Positions 8,886-19,042 of a stretch of 54,734 nt of DNA are shown piece after piece. Source of the stretch: an uncultured Bacilli bacterium. GTDB taxonomy: Bacteria > Bacillota_I > Bacilli_A > RF39 > UBA660. Within the stretch, counting starts at the first letter, position 1; each line of letters opens with the position of its first letter. The position numbers were made by a program, and so were the translations under genes. The stretch is taken from positions 1 to 54,734 of the forward strand of contig CANRJE010000001.1 in assembly GCA_947630865.1 (NCBI GenBank), written 5' to 3'. The notes under the pieces were generated by a model. It was given only the letters and a program-made list of their open reading frames with translations, had not been told where the DNA came from and made no database searches.

Positions 8886-9353
8886 TTAGGCAATTGAAGT
8901 AATTTCAATTTGATAAACACCATTTGGACTATTAACGTCAACGATGTCTCCAACTTTTCTATTTAATAATGCTTGAGCAATTGGACTTTCATTAGAAATT
9001 TTACTAGCAAATGGGTCGGCTTCTTGACTACCAACAATTTGATATTCATCTTCCTCACCATCATCAACATATTTAATTTTAACAGTATTTCCAATGCTTA
9101 CTTTGCTATTATCAACATTTTCAATTATTGAAACATTTTCCATTATTTGTTCAATTTTACTAATTCTTCCTTCAAGTTCAGCTTGTTCGTTTCTAGCAGC
9201 ATCATATTCAGCATTTTCAGATAAATCTCCTAAAGCTCTTGCTTCCTTTATAGCTTTTATATTAGCTGGTCTTTTTATATTTATTAATTCATCTAATTCT
9301 TTTTTTAATTCTTCATATCCTTCTTGCGTTAAATAAACAGTTTTCTTTGTCAT
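8886..9353 (-). CDS. greA: transcription elongation factor GreA
   Basis: 155 aa with LTQEGYEELKKEL...GDLSENAEYDAARNEQ, typical of GreA. SD is GGAGGTG. Confidence 0.9.
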   Translation of the reverse strand: MTKKTVYLTQEGYEELKKELDELINIKRPANIKAIKEARALGDLSENAEYDAARNEQAELEGRISKIEQIMENVSIIENVDNSKVSIGNTVKIKYVDDGEEDEYQIVGSQEADPFASKISNESPIAQALLNRKVGDIVDVNSPNGVYQIEITSIA

Positions 9354-9380
9354 AACACACCTCCATTAAATTATTAATTC

Positions 9381-9409
9381 ATTATAGTATAATTACCATG
9401 AAAAGTCAA
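9381..9409 (-). promoter_or_regulatory. promoter of greA
   Basis: Minus strand has TTGACT, a 17-nt spacer, then TATAAT. Confidence 0.55.
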
Positions 9410-9479
9410 GGTAAATAGAATAATTGTTTATTTATAAATAATATATTTAATTATATGCTAGATTTAAATATTATGCTAA

Positions 9480-10655
9480 TTAATCTAAATATTTTTTACG
9501 AAGCATGGAAAATTTTGGTAAATCAAAGTCAATTTTTATTTTTAAAATACTATCAGCTTGATTAGCAACAGTAATTTCTTCCATTTTTTCATTATATAAA
9601 TTATCAACTTTATAATTTATTATGTCCATATTAGGAGTAATAATTTCTATTTCATCACCTAATTTAAAGTAATTTCGTTGATTAATAGTATATAAATGAT
9701 TATCTTTATCGATTACTATTCCTAAATAATCTTGATTTGATGATTCTTGTCTTCCAGTATAATATTGATCAGTTAAATCTGCTTCTTTGAAATAAAAATG
9801 TGTACTATTATCACGATTGGCAACTCTTCCTAAAATTTTTAATTCTTTTTCTAATAAATCATCAGTTAATTTATTATCATATATAGCATCAATTATTCTT
9901 CTATAAGATGATAAAACAACTGCTAGATAGAAAGGAGAACGCATTCGTCCTTCAATTTTAAAACTTTTAACACCTATTTCAATTAAATCTTTAATGTATG
10001 AAGCCATATTAAGATCTTTAACTGCCATTGAAAATTTTTCATCTTCTTCATTAATATCAAAACAAAAACGACATATTTGAGCACATCCGCCACGATTAGA
10101 ATCTCGATTCGTAAAATAATTGGATAATACACAACGACCACTTACAAAAGTACACATCGCTCCATGAATAAATACTTCAATATCAACTCCGGTTTTTTCA
10201 ATTATTTTTTTAATATCATCACGACTAACTTCACGAGCTAAAACGACTCTATCAATATGCTCTTGTTTTAAAAAGAGAACACTTTGATAATTAGTAATAC
10301 TAGCTTGTGTACTTAAATGTACTTCAACCGAGAAATTACTCTTAATATAACGAACTAAAAATAAATCACTTACAATAAAAGCATCTATTCCTAAATCTAC
10401 TACATTTTTTATATAATCATAAACACCTTCAATATCTTCATTATGAAAAACAATATTTAAAGCTAAATAAACTTTTTTACCTAATTTATGTGCAAAATCA
10501 CAACCTTCTTTTATATCTTCAAAGTTAAAATTACTAGCATTAGCACGTAGACTATAATCTTTTCCTCCAATATAAATAGCATCAGCTCCATAAATACAAG
10601 CAATTTTTAATCTTTCTAAATCACCAGCTGGTGATAATAATTCAACACGTTCCAT
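9480..10655 (-). CDS. peptidase U32 family protein (YrrO-like)
   Basis: N-terminus VELLSPAGDLERLKIACIYGADAIYIGG is typical U32. It sits in the conserved yrrM-yrrN-yrrO arrangement. Confidence 0.85.
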   Translation of the reverse strand: MERVELLSPAGDLERLKIACIYGADAIYIGGKDYSLRANASNFNFEDIKEGCDFAHKLGKKVYLALNIVFHNEDIEGVYDYIKNVVDLGIDAFIVSDLFLVRYIKSNFSVEVHLSTQASITNYQSVLFLKQEHIDRVVLAREVSRDDIKKIIEKTGVDIEVFIHGAMCTFVSGRCVLSNYFTNRDSNRGGCAQICRFCFDINEEDEKFSMAVKDLNMASYIKDLIEIGVKSFKIEGRMRSPFYLAVVLSSYRRIIDAIYDNKLTDDLLEKELKILGRVANRDNSTHFYFKEADLTDQYYTGRQESSNQDYLGIVIDKDNHLYTINQRNYFKLGDEIEIITPNMDIINYKVDNLYNEKMEEITVANQADSILKIKIDFDLPKFSMLRKKYLD

Positions 10656-11513
10656 TTACTTCACCTTATAGATAGTCTTTCGAAAGAAAAATCCATCATT
10701 ATCCCCTATTAAATTAGAAACTTCTGAAATTAATTTTTCATTCTCAATTTTCTCTTCTAAATTATCATGATATAATTCTAATATTTTTAAAAATAAAGTA
10801 TCTTCTACTAAGTTGTTATCAAGAACAGCATAGTTAATTTTATCTTTAAGCATTGTAAACGCTTTAGTTCCATTTAATATTTCATAAGTCAAAATATTTG
10901 TACCAATTTTATCTTCTTTTATATAATACTTATCATTTTGTCCTTTTTCTTTGATAACATTTAAGTCTTTCGTTTTCTTTTTCTTTATATATTCATAATA
11001 ATTGCTAATTAATTTTCGCTTAGAATGTGAAATAATTGGGTGTCCAATAAAATATGCTATTAAATTGATATTTGTCTTTCCGCTTATCTCTTCTATTTCA
11101 CTTTCAGTTATTTCACTACTTAAAAAAGCATATTTACAATCATGCTCTAAATAATAATTACAGATATTATAATTTGTTATTAAATGATTAGCATGGATAC
11201 CTAAATTTAAATTAAGTTTTAATCTTTGAACAATTTCTAAAATACTTAAATCATAAAACATAATTCCTTGAATAGATAATTGACTTAATTCTTTTAATTT
11301 TTCTTCTAAATCAAATAGGTCATCATTAAAAATATTTTTATTAATTGCTACAAATAATTCAATATTTGGATACTTATTTAATAACTGTTTTATTTCTTCT
11401 AAACTTAAATCATGGTAATTAACACTATAATCCTTTAAACCTATAATAAAAGAATTAGTAAATTTTAAATAATTTTCTAATTCTTTTTTATTTAAACTTA
11501 CTAACAATTTCAT
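10656..11513 (-). CDS. peptidase U32 family protein (YrrN-like)
   Basis: Call rests on position between the methyltransferase and the YrrO-like gene, plus size. Start is the ATG at 11513, just after the upstream stop. The assignment is mostly by synteny. Confidence 0.65.
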   Translation of the reverse strand: MKLLVSLNKKELENYLKFTNSFIIGLKDYSVNYHDLSLEEIKQLLNKYPNIELFVAINKNIFNDDLFDLEEKLKELSQLSIQGIMFYDLSILEIVQRLKLNLNLGIHANHLITNYNICNYYLEHDCKYAFLSSEITESEIEEISGKTNINLIAYFIGHPIISHSKRKLISNYYEYIKKKKTKDLNVIKEKGQNDKYYIKEDKIGTNILTYEILNGTKAFTMLKDKINYAVLDNNLVEDTLFLKILELYHDNLEEKIENEKLISEVSNLIGDNDGFFFRKTIYKVK

Positions 11514-11514
11514 A

Positions 11515-12099
11515 CTATCCCCGTCTTTCTGTAACTGCAATACCGTCTCCTATTTGATAGATAGTTGTTTTATATAACATGTGATTTTCTAAAAAATATG
11601 TATAATCTTTAATTTTTCTAACTAATCCTAAAATATTCTTACTTGGAATTTCTTCTTCTGGCATATCAACATATCCATGAAAACTCATATTATCAGTTAT
11701 AATATAACCATTCATAGATAAATTACCTTCAAATTGTTCAAAGATTGCTTTATTTTGACCTTTAGCAGCATCAATAAAAATCAAATCAAATTCATCTTCT
11801 AAATGAACATTTAAAGCATCATTAAAAATTAAAGTAATTCTGTCTTCCAATTCAAACTTTTTGATATTTTTTAACGCTTCCATATATCTTGCTTCATCAC
11901 GTTCAATTGTTGTTACATGGATATTTTCATTAACTTTTGCCATCTCTATAGCTGAATAACCTATTGCTGTTCCTATTTCTAAAATATTTTTACTTTGCTT
12001 TTTAGCAATAAAAGTCGTTAGAAATTCAATTCCTTCATCATTCATAATTGGAATATTATTAATTGTAGCATATTCTTTTAACTCTTTTATATTAGCCAT
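11515..12099 (-). CDS. trmR: class I SAM-dependent O-methyltransferase (YrrM/TrmR-like)
   Basis: SAM-binding motif ILEIGTAIGYSAIEMA and DLIFIDAAK. Lies downstream of mltG as in Bacillus. Confidence 0.7.
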   Translation of the reverse strand: MANIKELKEYATINNIPIMNDEGIEFLTTFIAKKQSKNILEIGTAIGYSAIEMAKVNENIHVTTIERDEARYMEALKNIKKFELEDRITLIFNDALNVHLEDEFDLIFIDAAKGQNKAIFEQFEGNLSMNGYIITDNMSFHGYVDMPEEEIPSKNILGLVRKIKDYTYFLENHMLYKTTIYQIGDGIAVTERRG

Positions 12100-12108
12100 A
12101 TAATCTCC

Positions 12109-13185
12109 TTAATAGCCTCCATTAACACTATTTAACTCAGCTTTTTTATTTTCAAATTCACGACTAGTCTCAAAGAAGAATGTTTCATCAGTATTAATAT
12201 TTGAAATGAAATATAAATAATTTGTATTAGCAGGACGAATACTTGCTTCAATACTTGATTTTGATACCATAGCAATTGGTCCTACTGGTAATCCTAATTT
12301 AGTAAGTACTCTAGTATTATAAGGATTATCATCATTTAATTCTGATTTCGTTAAAGGTCTTTTGTCATCAAGTTTTATACCATATCTAGCTGTTACATCA
12401 CTTCCAAGTGACATTTTGTTTTTTATTCTATTATTGAAAACACTAACAACTTTCGCTCTATCGGTTTCTTTATTTACTTCTTTTTCAGCAATAGATGCCA
12501 TAGTTAATATCTCATGAACAGATAATTTATTTATTTCAATTAATTCTTTATATGGTTCTAAAACTGTTTCCATCTGGTCAAGTAACACTTTAAATATTTC
12601 TTCAACGGTTACTTTTTTACTTCTAAACTTGTAAGTATCAGGAAATAAATATCCTTCGAGTGGATAATAGATTTTAGAATCTAAAATACTATCTGTTATA
12701 AACCAATAATCTTCTATTAAACTATTTAAATAATCTTTATCTTTTAAAACATTCATTACATCTTCTTCGGTATTTTCTGTATTGTTAGCAATAACTTTAG
12801 CAATTTCTCGCATATTAATACCTTCTTTAAAAGTTATTTGAATTTCTTCATTACTAAATGTATTACCTTTTCTTAAAATTTCAACTATTTTTTTTAAAGG
12901 CATATTTTCACTCAATTCATATGTACCTGCTTTAATATCATTAACCTGATTAAGTTTTAAATAGAAAACAAAGAATTTATCATTTTTAATTAAATTATTT
13001 TCTTTTAAAAGTTTACCTATTTTAATAGATGTCATTCCATTTTCAATTACAACTTCTTTAGTATCAGTATTTTTACTTACAGGACTAATAAAAGAACGAT
13101 ATAAAAGAAAAATTGTTACTACTAAAAATAGTAATACTAAGGATGTACTCATAGTTATTAAAATTATTTTTCGTGACGTTTTCAT
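12109..13185 (-). CDS. mltG: endolytic murein transglycosylase MltG (YceG family)
   Basis: N-terminal TM helix, a LysM-like segment, and the conserved C-terminus PYNTR...GLPVGPI...YLYF. Confidence 0.9.
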   Translation of the reverse strand: MKTSRKIILITMSTSLVLLFLVVTIFLLYRSFISPVSKNTDTKEVVIENGMTSIKIGKLLKENNLIKNDKFFVFYLKLNQVNDIKAGTYELSENMPLKKIVEILRKGNTFSNEEIQITFKEGINMREIAKVIANNTENTEEDVMNVLKDKDYLNSLIEDYWFITDSILDSKIYYPLEGYLFPDTYKFRSKKVTVEEIFKVLLDQMETVLEPYKELIEINKLSVHEILTMASIAEKEVNKETDRAKVVSVFNNRIKNKMSLGSDVTARYGIKLDDKRPLTKSELNDDNPYNTRVLTKLGLPVGPIAMVSKSSIEASIRPANTNYLYFISNINTDETFFFETSREFENKKAELNSVNGGY

Positions 13186-13211
13186 AAACTACTCCTCACC
13201 ATGAAATAATT

Positions 13212-13520
13212 CTAGTCGTTGCTAGAATTATCTCCATTTTCACTTTCAGATTTTCTAATTTCTTCCTGTAATGATTCTAAAATAGTCTCAATTACTTTCC
13301 ATTCTTTTTCAGATTCTATTGGTTGTAATTCTGTTTGATCTTCACATTTTGGATCGAATATTGAAGCATATACTTGAATATTGCCATCATCATCTTTAGT
13401 GTTATCAGTATAAACTATATAACTTTTTTTTGTTTCATCACTATCAAAAGTGAACAAAACATCACATGTTATTTCCTTTCCTTCATCATTAATTACTGTA
13501 AAAGTATTCTTATCACCCAT
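13212..13520 (-). CDS. DUF1292 family protein (YrzB-like)
   Basis: Small acidic protein (EITCDVLFTFDSDETKKSYIVYTD) located between ruvX and mltG, as in Bacillus. Confidence 0.7.
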   Translation of the reverse strand: MGDKNTFTVINDEGKEITCDVLFTFDSDETKKSYIVYTDNTKDDDGNIQVYASIFDPKCEDQTELQPIESEKEWKVIETILESLQEEIRKSESENGDNSSND

Positions 13521-13522
13521 TT

Positions 13523-13933
13523 TTAATTCTCCTTTCTATCTAAATAAGATTGAAGTATTATTGTACTTGCAACCCCATCTACTTTCTTTTTTCTCTTTTG
13601 TCTTCTGATATCAGCTTTAATTAAAACATCATTACTGATTTTAGAAGTTAATCTTTCATCTTCCAAAACAACTTCAACTTTTAAATTATCTTCTAATTTT
13701 TTTTTAAACTCTAAGACAACTCTTGCCATATCACTTAAAGAATTATTCATGTTCTTGGGATATCCTAAAACTATTACATCAACGCCTTCTTTTTCTTTAA
13801 TTTCTTTTAAGCATTCGATTAAGTAATCATAATCCTCTTCATGTCTTATTGTTTTATAAAGTGTTGCAATAACCCCATTTGACTTACTTATTCCAAGTGT
13901 TTTAGTTCCAAGATCAAGTCCTAAATAGGTCAT
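13523..13933 (-). CDS. ruvX: putative pre-16S rRNA nuclease / Holliday junction resolvase-like protein YqgF
   Basis: LGLDLGTKTLGISKSN...DERLTS motif pattern of the YqgF/RuvX family. Confidence 0.9.
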   Translation of the reverse strand: MTYLGLDLGTKTLGISKSNGVIATLYKTIRHEEDYDYLIECLKEIKEKEGVDVIVLGYPKNMNNSLSDMARVVLEFKKKLEDNLKVEVVLEDERLTSKISNDVLIKADIRRQKRKKKVDGVASTIILQSYLDRKEN

Positions 13934-13979
13934 ATAATCACTTCCTTTTTATAATAACATTTTTTTTCTAATTTAACAA

Positions 13980-15275
13980 CTATATTTCAAGATATTCTTT
14001 TAAAGTATTCGTAATTGCCTCAACATATTTATCTTTTTCATTTAATAAAATATTTAAATTAGTAGAACTACTCATATAGCCCATTTCTAATAAATAAGCT
14101 TCACTTCCATAATTACTATTATAATAAGTATTACCTGGTTTTTTAGGATTTCGAAGGTCAACATAAGCCCCACTTACAATACCACCTGTTTCACGAATCA
14201 TAAAGTAATAAGTTGAATTAGTTGATGCTCTCTCGTATGGAGTATAACCATCTTTTTCAGCTGATTTCTTCATATCTAGAATATCTTCTGAAGTAAGTGT
14301 TCGAAGGTAAACACCTTTATCTATTTTATGTTGTTTATTAGTTGAATAAATAGTACTTGTATTTTCTACAATATTTTTAGCAAGTTCCATTGCAAAAGTT
14401 TTAGACGCATTATAAGGTATATAAACTTCTACCCCACCTTCTCCAACATTATAATAAGCTGAATTTTGATGAATCGATAAAAACATTTTGGTTCTTGTCT
14501 CATAAGCAACATTTACTCTACTTCCATCACCATAATTTGGTAAAGTTTCATCAGTTTCTCTTGTTAACTTAACCTTTAAACCTAAATTTTCTAAAGATTC
14601 TTTAAGTTTTAAAGCATAATCTAAATTCATTTTACTTTCATATTGACCATTTTTTGTTGCTCCTGGATCATCTCCTCCATGACCTGGATCAATTACAATA
14701 TCATAAACTTCTGTTGGTAATTTTTCTTTATTAGCAGTTAATCCTAAATAGTTATAGTCTTTATAAGTGTCATAATCTATTAAGATTTTTTTATTCTCGG
14801 AATTTTTGGTAATTGTATAATATTCAATCTCTGGATATTCTGTTCTATTTACTAAAGTATAATAAAGCGTTTCTACTTTTGGCTCCTCTCCTTCTTCAGT
14901 TTCAGAATCTTCTATTACTTTTTCTCCTTTTAAGAGAATAACATAGTTTCCTTCATCAATATGCTCTAAATTGATTCCTTCATTGATAACTTGATTAGTT
15001 TTAAAAGCAATTTTTCCATCTTTTTCTTCCGTTATTAAATCATATTTATATTCTTTATCAGCTTTTTTTAAAATCAAAGATAAATTTTCAGCATCTAAAG
15101 AAACTTCCCCACCTAAATTGAAAAATCTACCATACAACGTAAACGTATCAACATAGGCTTCTCCATCAATCATTTTTATGATTTTATCAAGTTCTGTTTC
15201 TTTTTGCTTTTTATCTTGAATGCTACAACCACATATTAAAATTAAAATTGTTAAAACCAAAAATATTTTTTTCAT
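13980..15275 (-). CDS. N-acetylmuramoyl-L-alanine amidase (Amidase_3) lipoprotein
   Basis: Lipobox LILICGCS. The C-terminal half has IVIDPGHGGDDPGA ... LSIHQNS ... E(A/M)GY, typical of Amidase_3. Confidence 0.8.
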   Translation of the reverse strand: MKKIFLVLTILILICGCSIQDKKQKETELDKIIKMIDGEAYVDTFTLYGRFFNLGGEVSLDAENLSLILKKADKEYKYDLITEEKDGKIAFKTNQVINEGINLEHIDEGNYVILLKGEKVIEDSETEEGEEPKVETLYYTLVNRTEYPEIEYYTITKNSENKKILIDYDTYKDYNYLGLTANKEKLPTEVYDIVIDPGHGGDDPGATKNGQYESKMNLDYALKLKESLENLGLKVKLTRETDETLPNYGDGSRVNVAYETRTKMFLSIHQNSAYYNVGEGGVEVYIPYNASKTFAMELAKNIVENTSTIYSTNKQHKIDKGVYLRTLTSEDILDMKKSAEKDGYTPYERASTNSTYYFMIRETGGIVSGAYVDLRNPKKPGNTYYNSNYGSEAYLLEMGYMSSSTNLNILLNEKDKYVEAITNTLKEYLEI

Positions 15276-15322
15276 ACTAACTCCTACCTTAGATTATACT
15301 ATATCTTTCTAAAAAAAGATAG

Positions 15323-16216
15323 TTATTCTTTTGTAATATTTTCTAAAATTTCCATAAATTCATGAGGTGGCTCTACTTGAAATTCTAAAATTTTACCAGT
15401 TCTTGGATGGGGAAATTTAATTTTATAAGAATGTAATAATTGTCCAAAATTATTATCACTTACTAGTTTAGAATATAAAGGGTCATTTACAACTGGATGA
15501 TTAATATATTTCATATGAACCCTTATCTGATGAGTTCTTCCCGTTTCTAACTTACATTCAATAAGCGTATAGTTTTTATATCTTTTTAAAACTTTGAAAT
15601 GCGTAACTGCTTTTTTACTATTTTGACTAGTAACCGTCATTTTTTCCCTATATTTAGGATCTCTTCCAATTGGAGCATCGATTGTTCCTGTTTCATGATT
15701 AAAAGTTCCATTTACTAATGCAATATAATATCTTTCAACTACTTTATCTTGAATCATTTTAGAAAGTTTATCATGAATATAATCATTTTTAGCAACTATC
15801 ATTAACCCACTTGTATCTTTATCAAGTCTATGAACTATTCCTGGTCTTATTTTATCATGACTTAAATTATATTTTCCCATTAAAGCATTAACTAGTGTAT
15901 CTTCATAATTTCCAGGAGCAGGATGCGTAACCATACCTGATTTTTTATTAATAACTAATAAATCATCATCTTCATAGATAACATCAATTTCTAAATTAGA
16001 TGGTTTTATATCTATTTCTTCTAATTCAGAATTATCTAAAATACATATTTCATCTTCAAGATTAACTTTATAATTATTGTTAACTACTTTTTCATTTACT
16101 AAAATTTTTTCATCTTTTATTAATTTCTGAATTTTACTTCGCGAATATTTGCTTTCACTTGCTAAATATTTATCGAGTCTAAATCCTTCTTTATCTATTA
16201 CTTTTATTTTTTCCAT
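15323..16216 (-). CDS. rluD: RluA-family 23S rRNA pseudouridine synthase (RluD-like)
   Basis: S4 domain RLDKYL and catalytic motif HRLDKDTSGLM. Start is the ATG at 16216, with AAAGGA 6 nt upstream. Forms the conserved lspA-rluD pair. Confidence 0.85.
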   Translation of the reverse strand: MEKIKVIDKEGFRLDKYLASESKYSRSKIQKLIKDEKILVNEKVVNNNYKVNLEDEICILDNSELEEIDIKPSNLEIDVIYEDDDLLVINKKSGMVTHPAPGNYEDTLVNALMGKYNLSHDKIRPGIVHRLDKDTSGLMIVAKNDYIHDKLSKMIQDKVVERYYIALVNGTFNHETGTIDAPIGRDPKYREKMTVTSQNSKKAVTHFKVLKRYKNYTLIECKLETGRTHQIRVHMKYINHPVVNDPLYSKLVSDNNFGQLLHSYKIKFPHPRTGKILEFQVEPPHEFMEILENITKE

Positions 16217-16664
16217 AAATATCCTTTCTAATAATTTCAATTAAAATTAATCCTACTCCTATAACAATAAAAGTATCAGCTAAATTAAAGATTGGAGCAT
16301 CATAAGAAAATATTTTAAAATCTAAAAAATCAACTACATTTTTATAAATAATTCTATCTAGTATATTACCAACTACCCCACCTATTAATAAACTGTAATA
16401 AATAACTTTATAATTAGTTAGTTTTTCTTTAAAAATATAATAAATTAATATTCCTAAAAAGATAATTCCTAAAATAATAAATAATATTTGCTTACCTTGA
16501 AAAAGACTAAAAGCTGCCCCATCATTTAAAACATAAGTAATATTAAAAAAATTAGGAATTAAAGTAATACTATCATATAAATTTAAATTAGTTTTAACTA
16601 AGACTTTTGATAAAATATCAATTGTTAAAAACATTATACTAAATATTAAAATTTTTCTTTTCAT
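16191..16664 (-). CDS. lspA: lipoprotein signal peptidase II
   Basis: NDGAAFS, GNILDR and FNLAD motifs. The start is uncertain: 16664 fits LspA N-termini better than 16688, and neither has a clear SD. Confidence 0.8.
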   Translation of the reverse strand: MKRKILIFSIMFLTIDILSKVLVKTNLNLYDSITLIPNFFNITYVLNDGAAFSLFQGKQILFIILGIIFLGILIYYIFKEKLTNYKVIYYSLLIGGVVGNILDRIIYKNVVDFLDFKIFSYDAPIFNLADTFIVIGVGLILIEIIRKDIYGKNKSNR

Positions 16665-16797
16665 ATAATCACAAATTAATTGTATCATAAAAATAAAAAA
16701 TAGTTAAGAAAAGTGTAACTTCTTAAATTAAGATTTTTAAATTATTAATTTTCTTATTTTAAAATACAACAATTTTTGTAAATTTCTTGGTTAACTC

Positions 16798-16826
16798 TTG
16801 ATAAAATTTTGTTTTCTTAATATAAT
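16798..16826 (+). promoter_or_regulatory. promoter of the ferredoxin gene
   Basis: TTGATA, a 17-nt spacer, then TATAAT, about 15 nt before the SD GGAGG. Confidence 0.55.
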
Positions 16827-16841
16827 TATAGTGGAGGTTAT

Positions 16842-17042
16842 ATGAAAGTAAAAGTAGTAGAAGATGAATGCGTTGGATGTGGTTACTGTGAAGCTAATTG
16901 TCCAGAAGTATTTGAAGTAGATTCTTGTAGTCATGTTAAAGTAGATACAGTTTTAGATGAATATAAAGATAAAGTCATCGAAGCTATGGAAGGTTGTCCA
17001 ACAGGAGCTATCAAAGAAGTAGAAAGTCAAGAAAACAAATAA
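16842..17042 (+). CDS. 4Fe-4S ferredoxin (single cluster)
   Basis: 66 aa with CVGCGYCEANCP ... CP. Confidence 0.85.
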   Translation: MKVKVVEDECVGCGYCEANCPEVFEVDSCSHVKVDTVLDEYKDKVIEAMEGCPTGAIKEVESQENK

Positions 17043-17059
17043 AAACTTACAATCTAAAA

Positions 17060-17079
17060 AATTGGTTTAATCGCCAATT
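17060..17079 (+). terminator. hairpin after the ferredoxin gene (overlaps the end of the convergent gene)
   Basis: AATTGG-(8 nt)-CCAATT followed by TTTTCTTTTTC. Confidence 0.4.
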
Positions 17080-17795
17080 TTTTCTTTTTCTTTTCTTTTT
17101 AAAGAACGAATAAATTTCTTTTCAGGTTCCATAATTCTTCTTGATTCAGTTATTTTACTTAAAGCTTTATTATAAATGAAATCATCTTTTAGATTGACTA
17201 AATATAATAATGTTTTCTCTTTATATTTAATATAGGCAACAGAAAATAACCAAGCAATAGACATTCTTACATAATATTCTTTAGTTTTTATCTTTGATGC
17301 TAATTCTAATGTTTTATCAATGTAATTATCATTTATATAATAATTAAGAAGAATAACAACTGCACATCTTTTAGACCAAGTATTTTTAGAATGAAGTAAT
17401 TTTTTTACATAGACAAAGCCATCTTTTTGATTTCTTTTAAAAGTCTTTAAACTTGAAACTAATAAATCAACATGAGCCCAGTTATTGACTTTTAATAAAT
17501 AACTATCTAAATAATTAGTTAATTCCGAAAAACTAAGTTTTAAATTACCATAGATAAAACCTTCTATCATAATTGGTTCATATAATAAACTTTCGTTTAC
17601 TTCTAAAAAACTTTGATAGTCTCCTTTTGCTATTTCTTTTGCAATATCTTTTAAAATAGATGTTTTAATACCTATTAAATCTTCGCATTCCGTTATTTTA
17701 GAATGAAAATCTTGATACTCTTTATTTCCTAAACTCTTTAAATATTCAATAAATTCTTGATAGTTGTCCTTTGTCCAAGTTGTATTTAAATTCAC
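17067..17795 (-). CDS. DNA alkylation repair protein (AlkD-like HEAT-repeat family)
   Basis: 242 aa, all-helical. N-terminus ...YQEFIEYLKSLGNKEYQDFHSKI and ...WSKRCAVVILLNYY resemble that family as I remember it. Confidence 0.55.
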   Translation of the reverse strand: MNLNTTWTKDNYQEFIEYLKSLGNKEYQDFHSKITECEDLIGIKTSILKDIAKEIAKGDYQSFLEVNESLLYEPIMIEGFIYGNLKLSFSELTNYLDSYLLKVNNWAHVDLLVSSLKTFKRNQKDGFVYVKKLLHSKNTWSKRCAVVILLNYYINDNYIDKTLELASKIKTKEYYVRMSIAWLFSVAYIKYKEKTLLYLVNLKDDFIYNKALSKITESRRIMEPEKKFIRSLKRKEKEKIGD

Positions 17796-18958
17796 TTCAA
17801 TTCCTCTAAAAAACTTGTTCCCATATCAAGTGTTAAATTAAAGTTATCAAGAATTGTTGCCCCAATTGATGCATAAGTATCTAGATCTGGTAAACGTTTA
17901 GGAGTTTTTAAATTTTTATTATAAATTAGGACTGGTATCATTTCTCTTGTATGGTCAGTTCCCTTATAGGTTGGGTCATTTCCATGATCAGCTGTTATTA
18001 TTAATAAATCATCTTCATTAAGTAAAGATTTAATTTCTTCAATATTATCATCAACTTCTTTTAAAGCATTCATATAACCAATTGGATTTCTTCTATGTCC
18101 ATATTTAGAATCAAAATCATTTAGATTAGCAAAACATAAGCCTGTAAAGTCTTTTTTTATTGTTTCTTTAATTTTTAAAATACCATCTGTATTATCTTTT
18201 GTTTTAGTTGAATTAGTAATTCCTCTTCCATTAAAAATATCAGATATTTTTCCAAGAGCTAAAACTTCTAAATTATTTTCTTTTAAGATATCAAGTGCTG
18301 TTGTTTTAGGAGGGTCAAGTGCATAATCATGACGATTACTTGTTCTTTCAAAGTGACCTGGTTCTCCAATAAAGGGACGAGCAATTATTCTTCCTACTTT
18401 CCATTCTTCTTTTAGGGTTATTTCTCTTGCAATGGAACAAATTTTATAAAGTTCTTGAAGAGGAACTATCTCTTCATGAGCAGCAATTTGTAAAACTGAG
18501 TCAGCACTTGTATAAACAATAATACTTCCTGTTTCCATATGTTCCCTACCTAGTCTTTCAATAATTTCTGTACCACTTGCATTGCAATTTCCAATTACCT
18601 TTCGACCACATCTTTTTTCAAGTTCACTTATTAATTCTTTAGGAAAACCTGTTTCTGTAAAAGTTTTTAATGGTATTTCTGTCTTAACTCCCATCATCTC
18701 TAAATGACCTGTTAAAGTATCTTTTCCATTACTAACAGATTGACCTCTTGTATAATATGAATTACTAATAGTATCTCTATCATAAATTAAATTTAAAAGT
18801 CCCATTTTTTCTAAATTAGGTAAACTTCCTTTTGTACTTTCTAAGGTATGTTTTAAAGTATTGACTTTAATATCACCATATTTTTCTTCATCATAAGCAT
18901 TTCCAATTCCCACTGAATCTAAAACAATTAAAAATATTCTTTTATATTTCTTATACAT
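17792..18958 (-). CDS. deoB: phosphopentomutase
   Basis: KRIFLIVLDSVGIG ... TADHGNDPT motifs. Start is the ATG at 18958, with GGAGG upstream. Confidence 0.9.
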   Translation of the reverse strand: MYKKYKRIFLIVLDSVGIGNAYDEEKYGDIKVNTLKHTLESTKGSLPNLEKMGLLNLIYDRDTISNSYYTRGQSVSNGKDTLTGHLEMMGVKTEIPLKTFTETGFPKELISELEKRCGRKVIGNCNASGTEIIERLGREHMETGSIIVYTSADSVLQIAAHEEIVPLQELYKICSIAREITLKEEWKVGRIIARPFIGEPGHFERTSNRHDYALDPPKTTALDILKENNLEVLALGKISDIFNGRGITNSTKTKDNTDGILKIKETIKKDFTGLCFANLNDFDSKYGHRRNPIGYMNALKEVDDNIEEIKSLLNEDDLLIITADHGNDPTYKGTDHTREMIPVLIYNKNLKTPKRLPDLDTYASIGATILDNFNLTLDMGTSFLEELK

Positions 18959-19042
18959 ATTAGCCTCCAACTTTATTATATATTATTTTTATAAAGTCCA
19001 AAAGAAAAATGCCAAAATAAGACACCTTTTTGACATTTAATT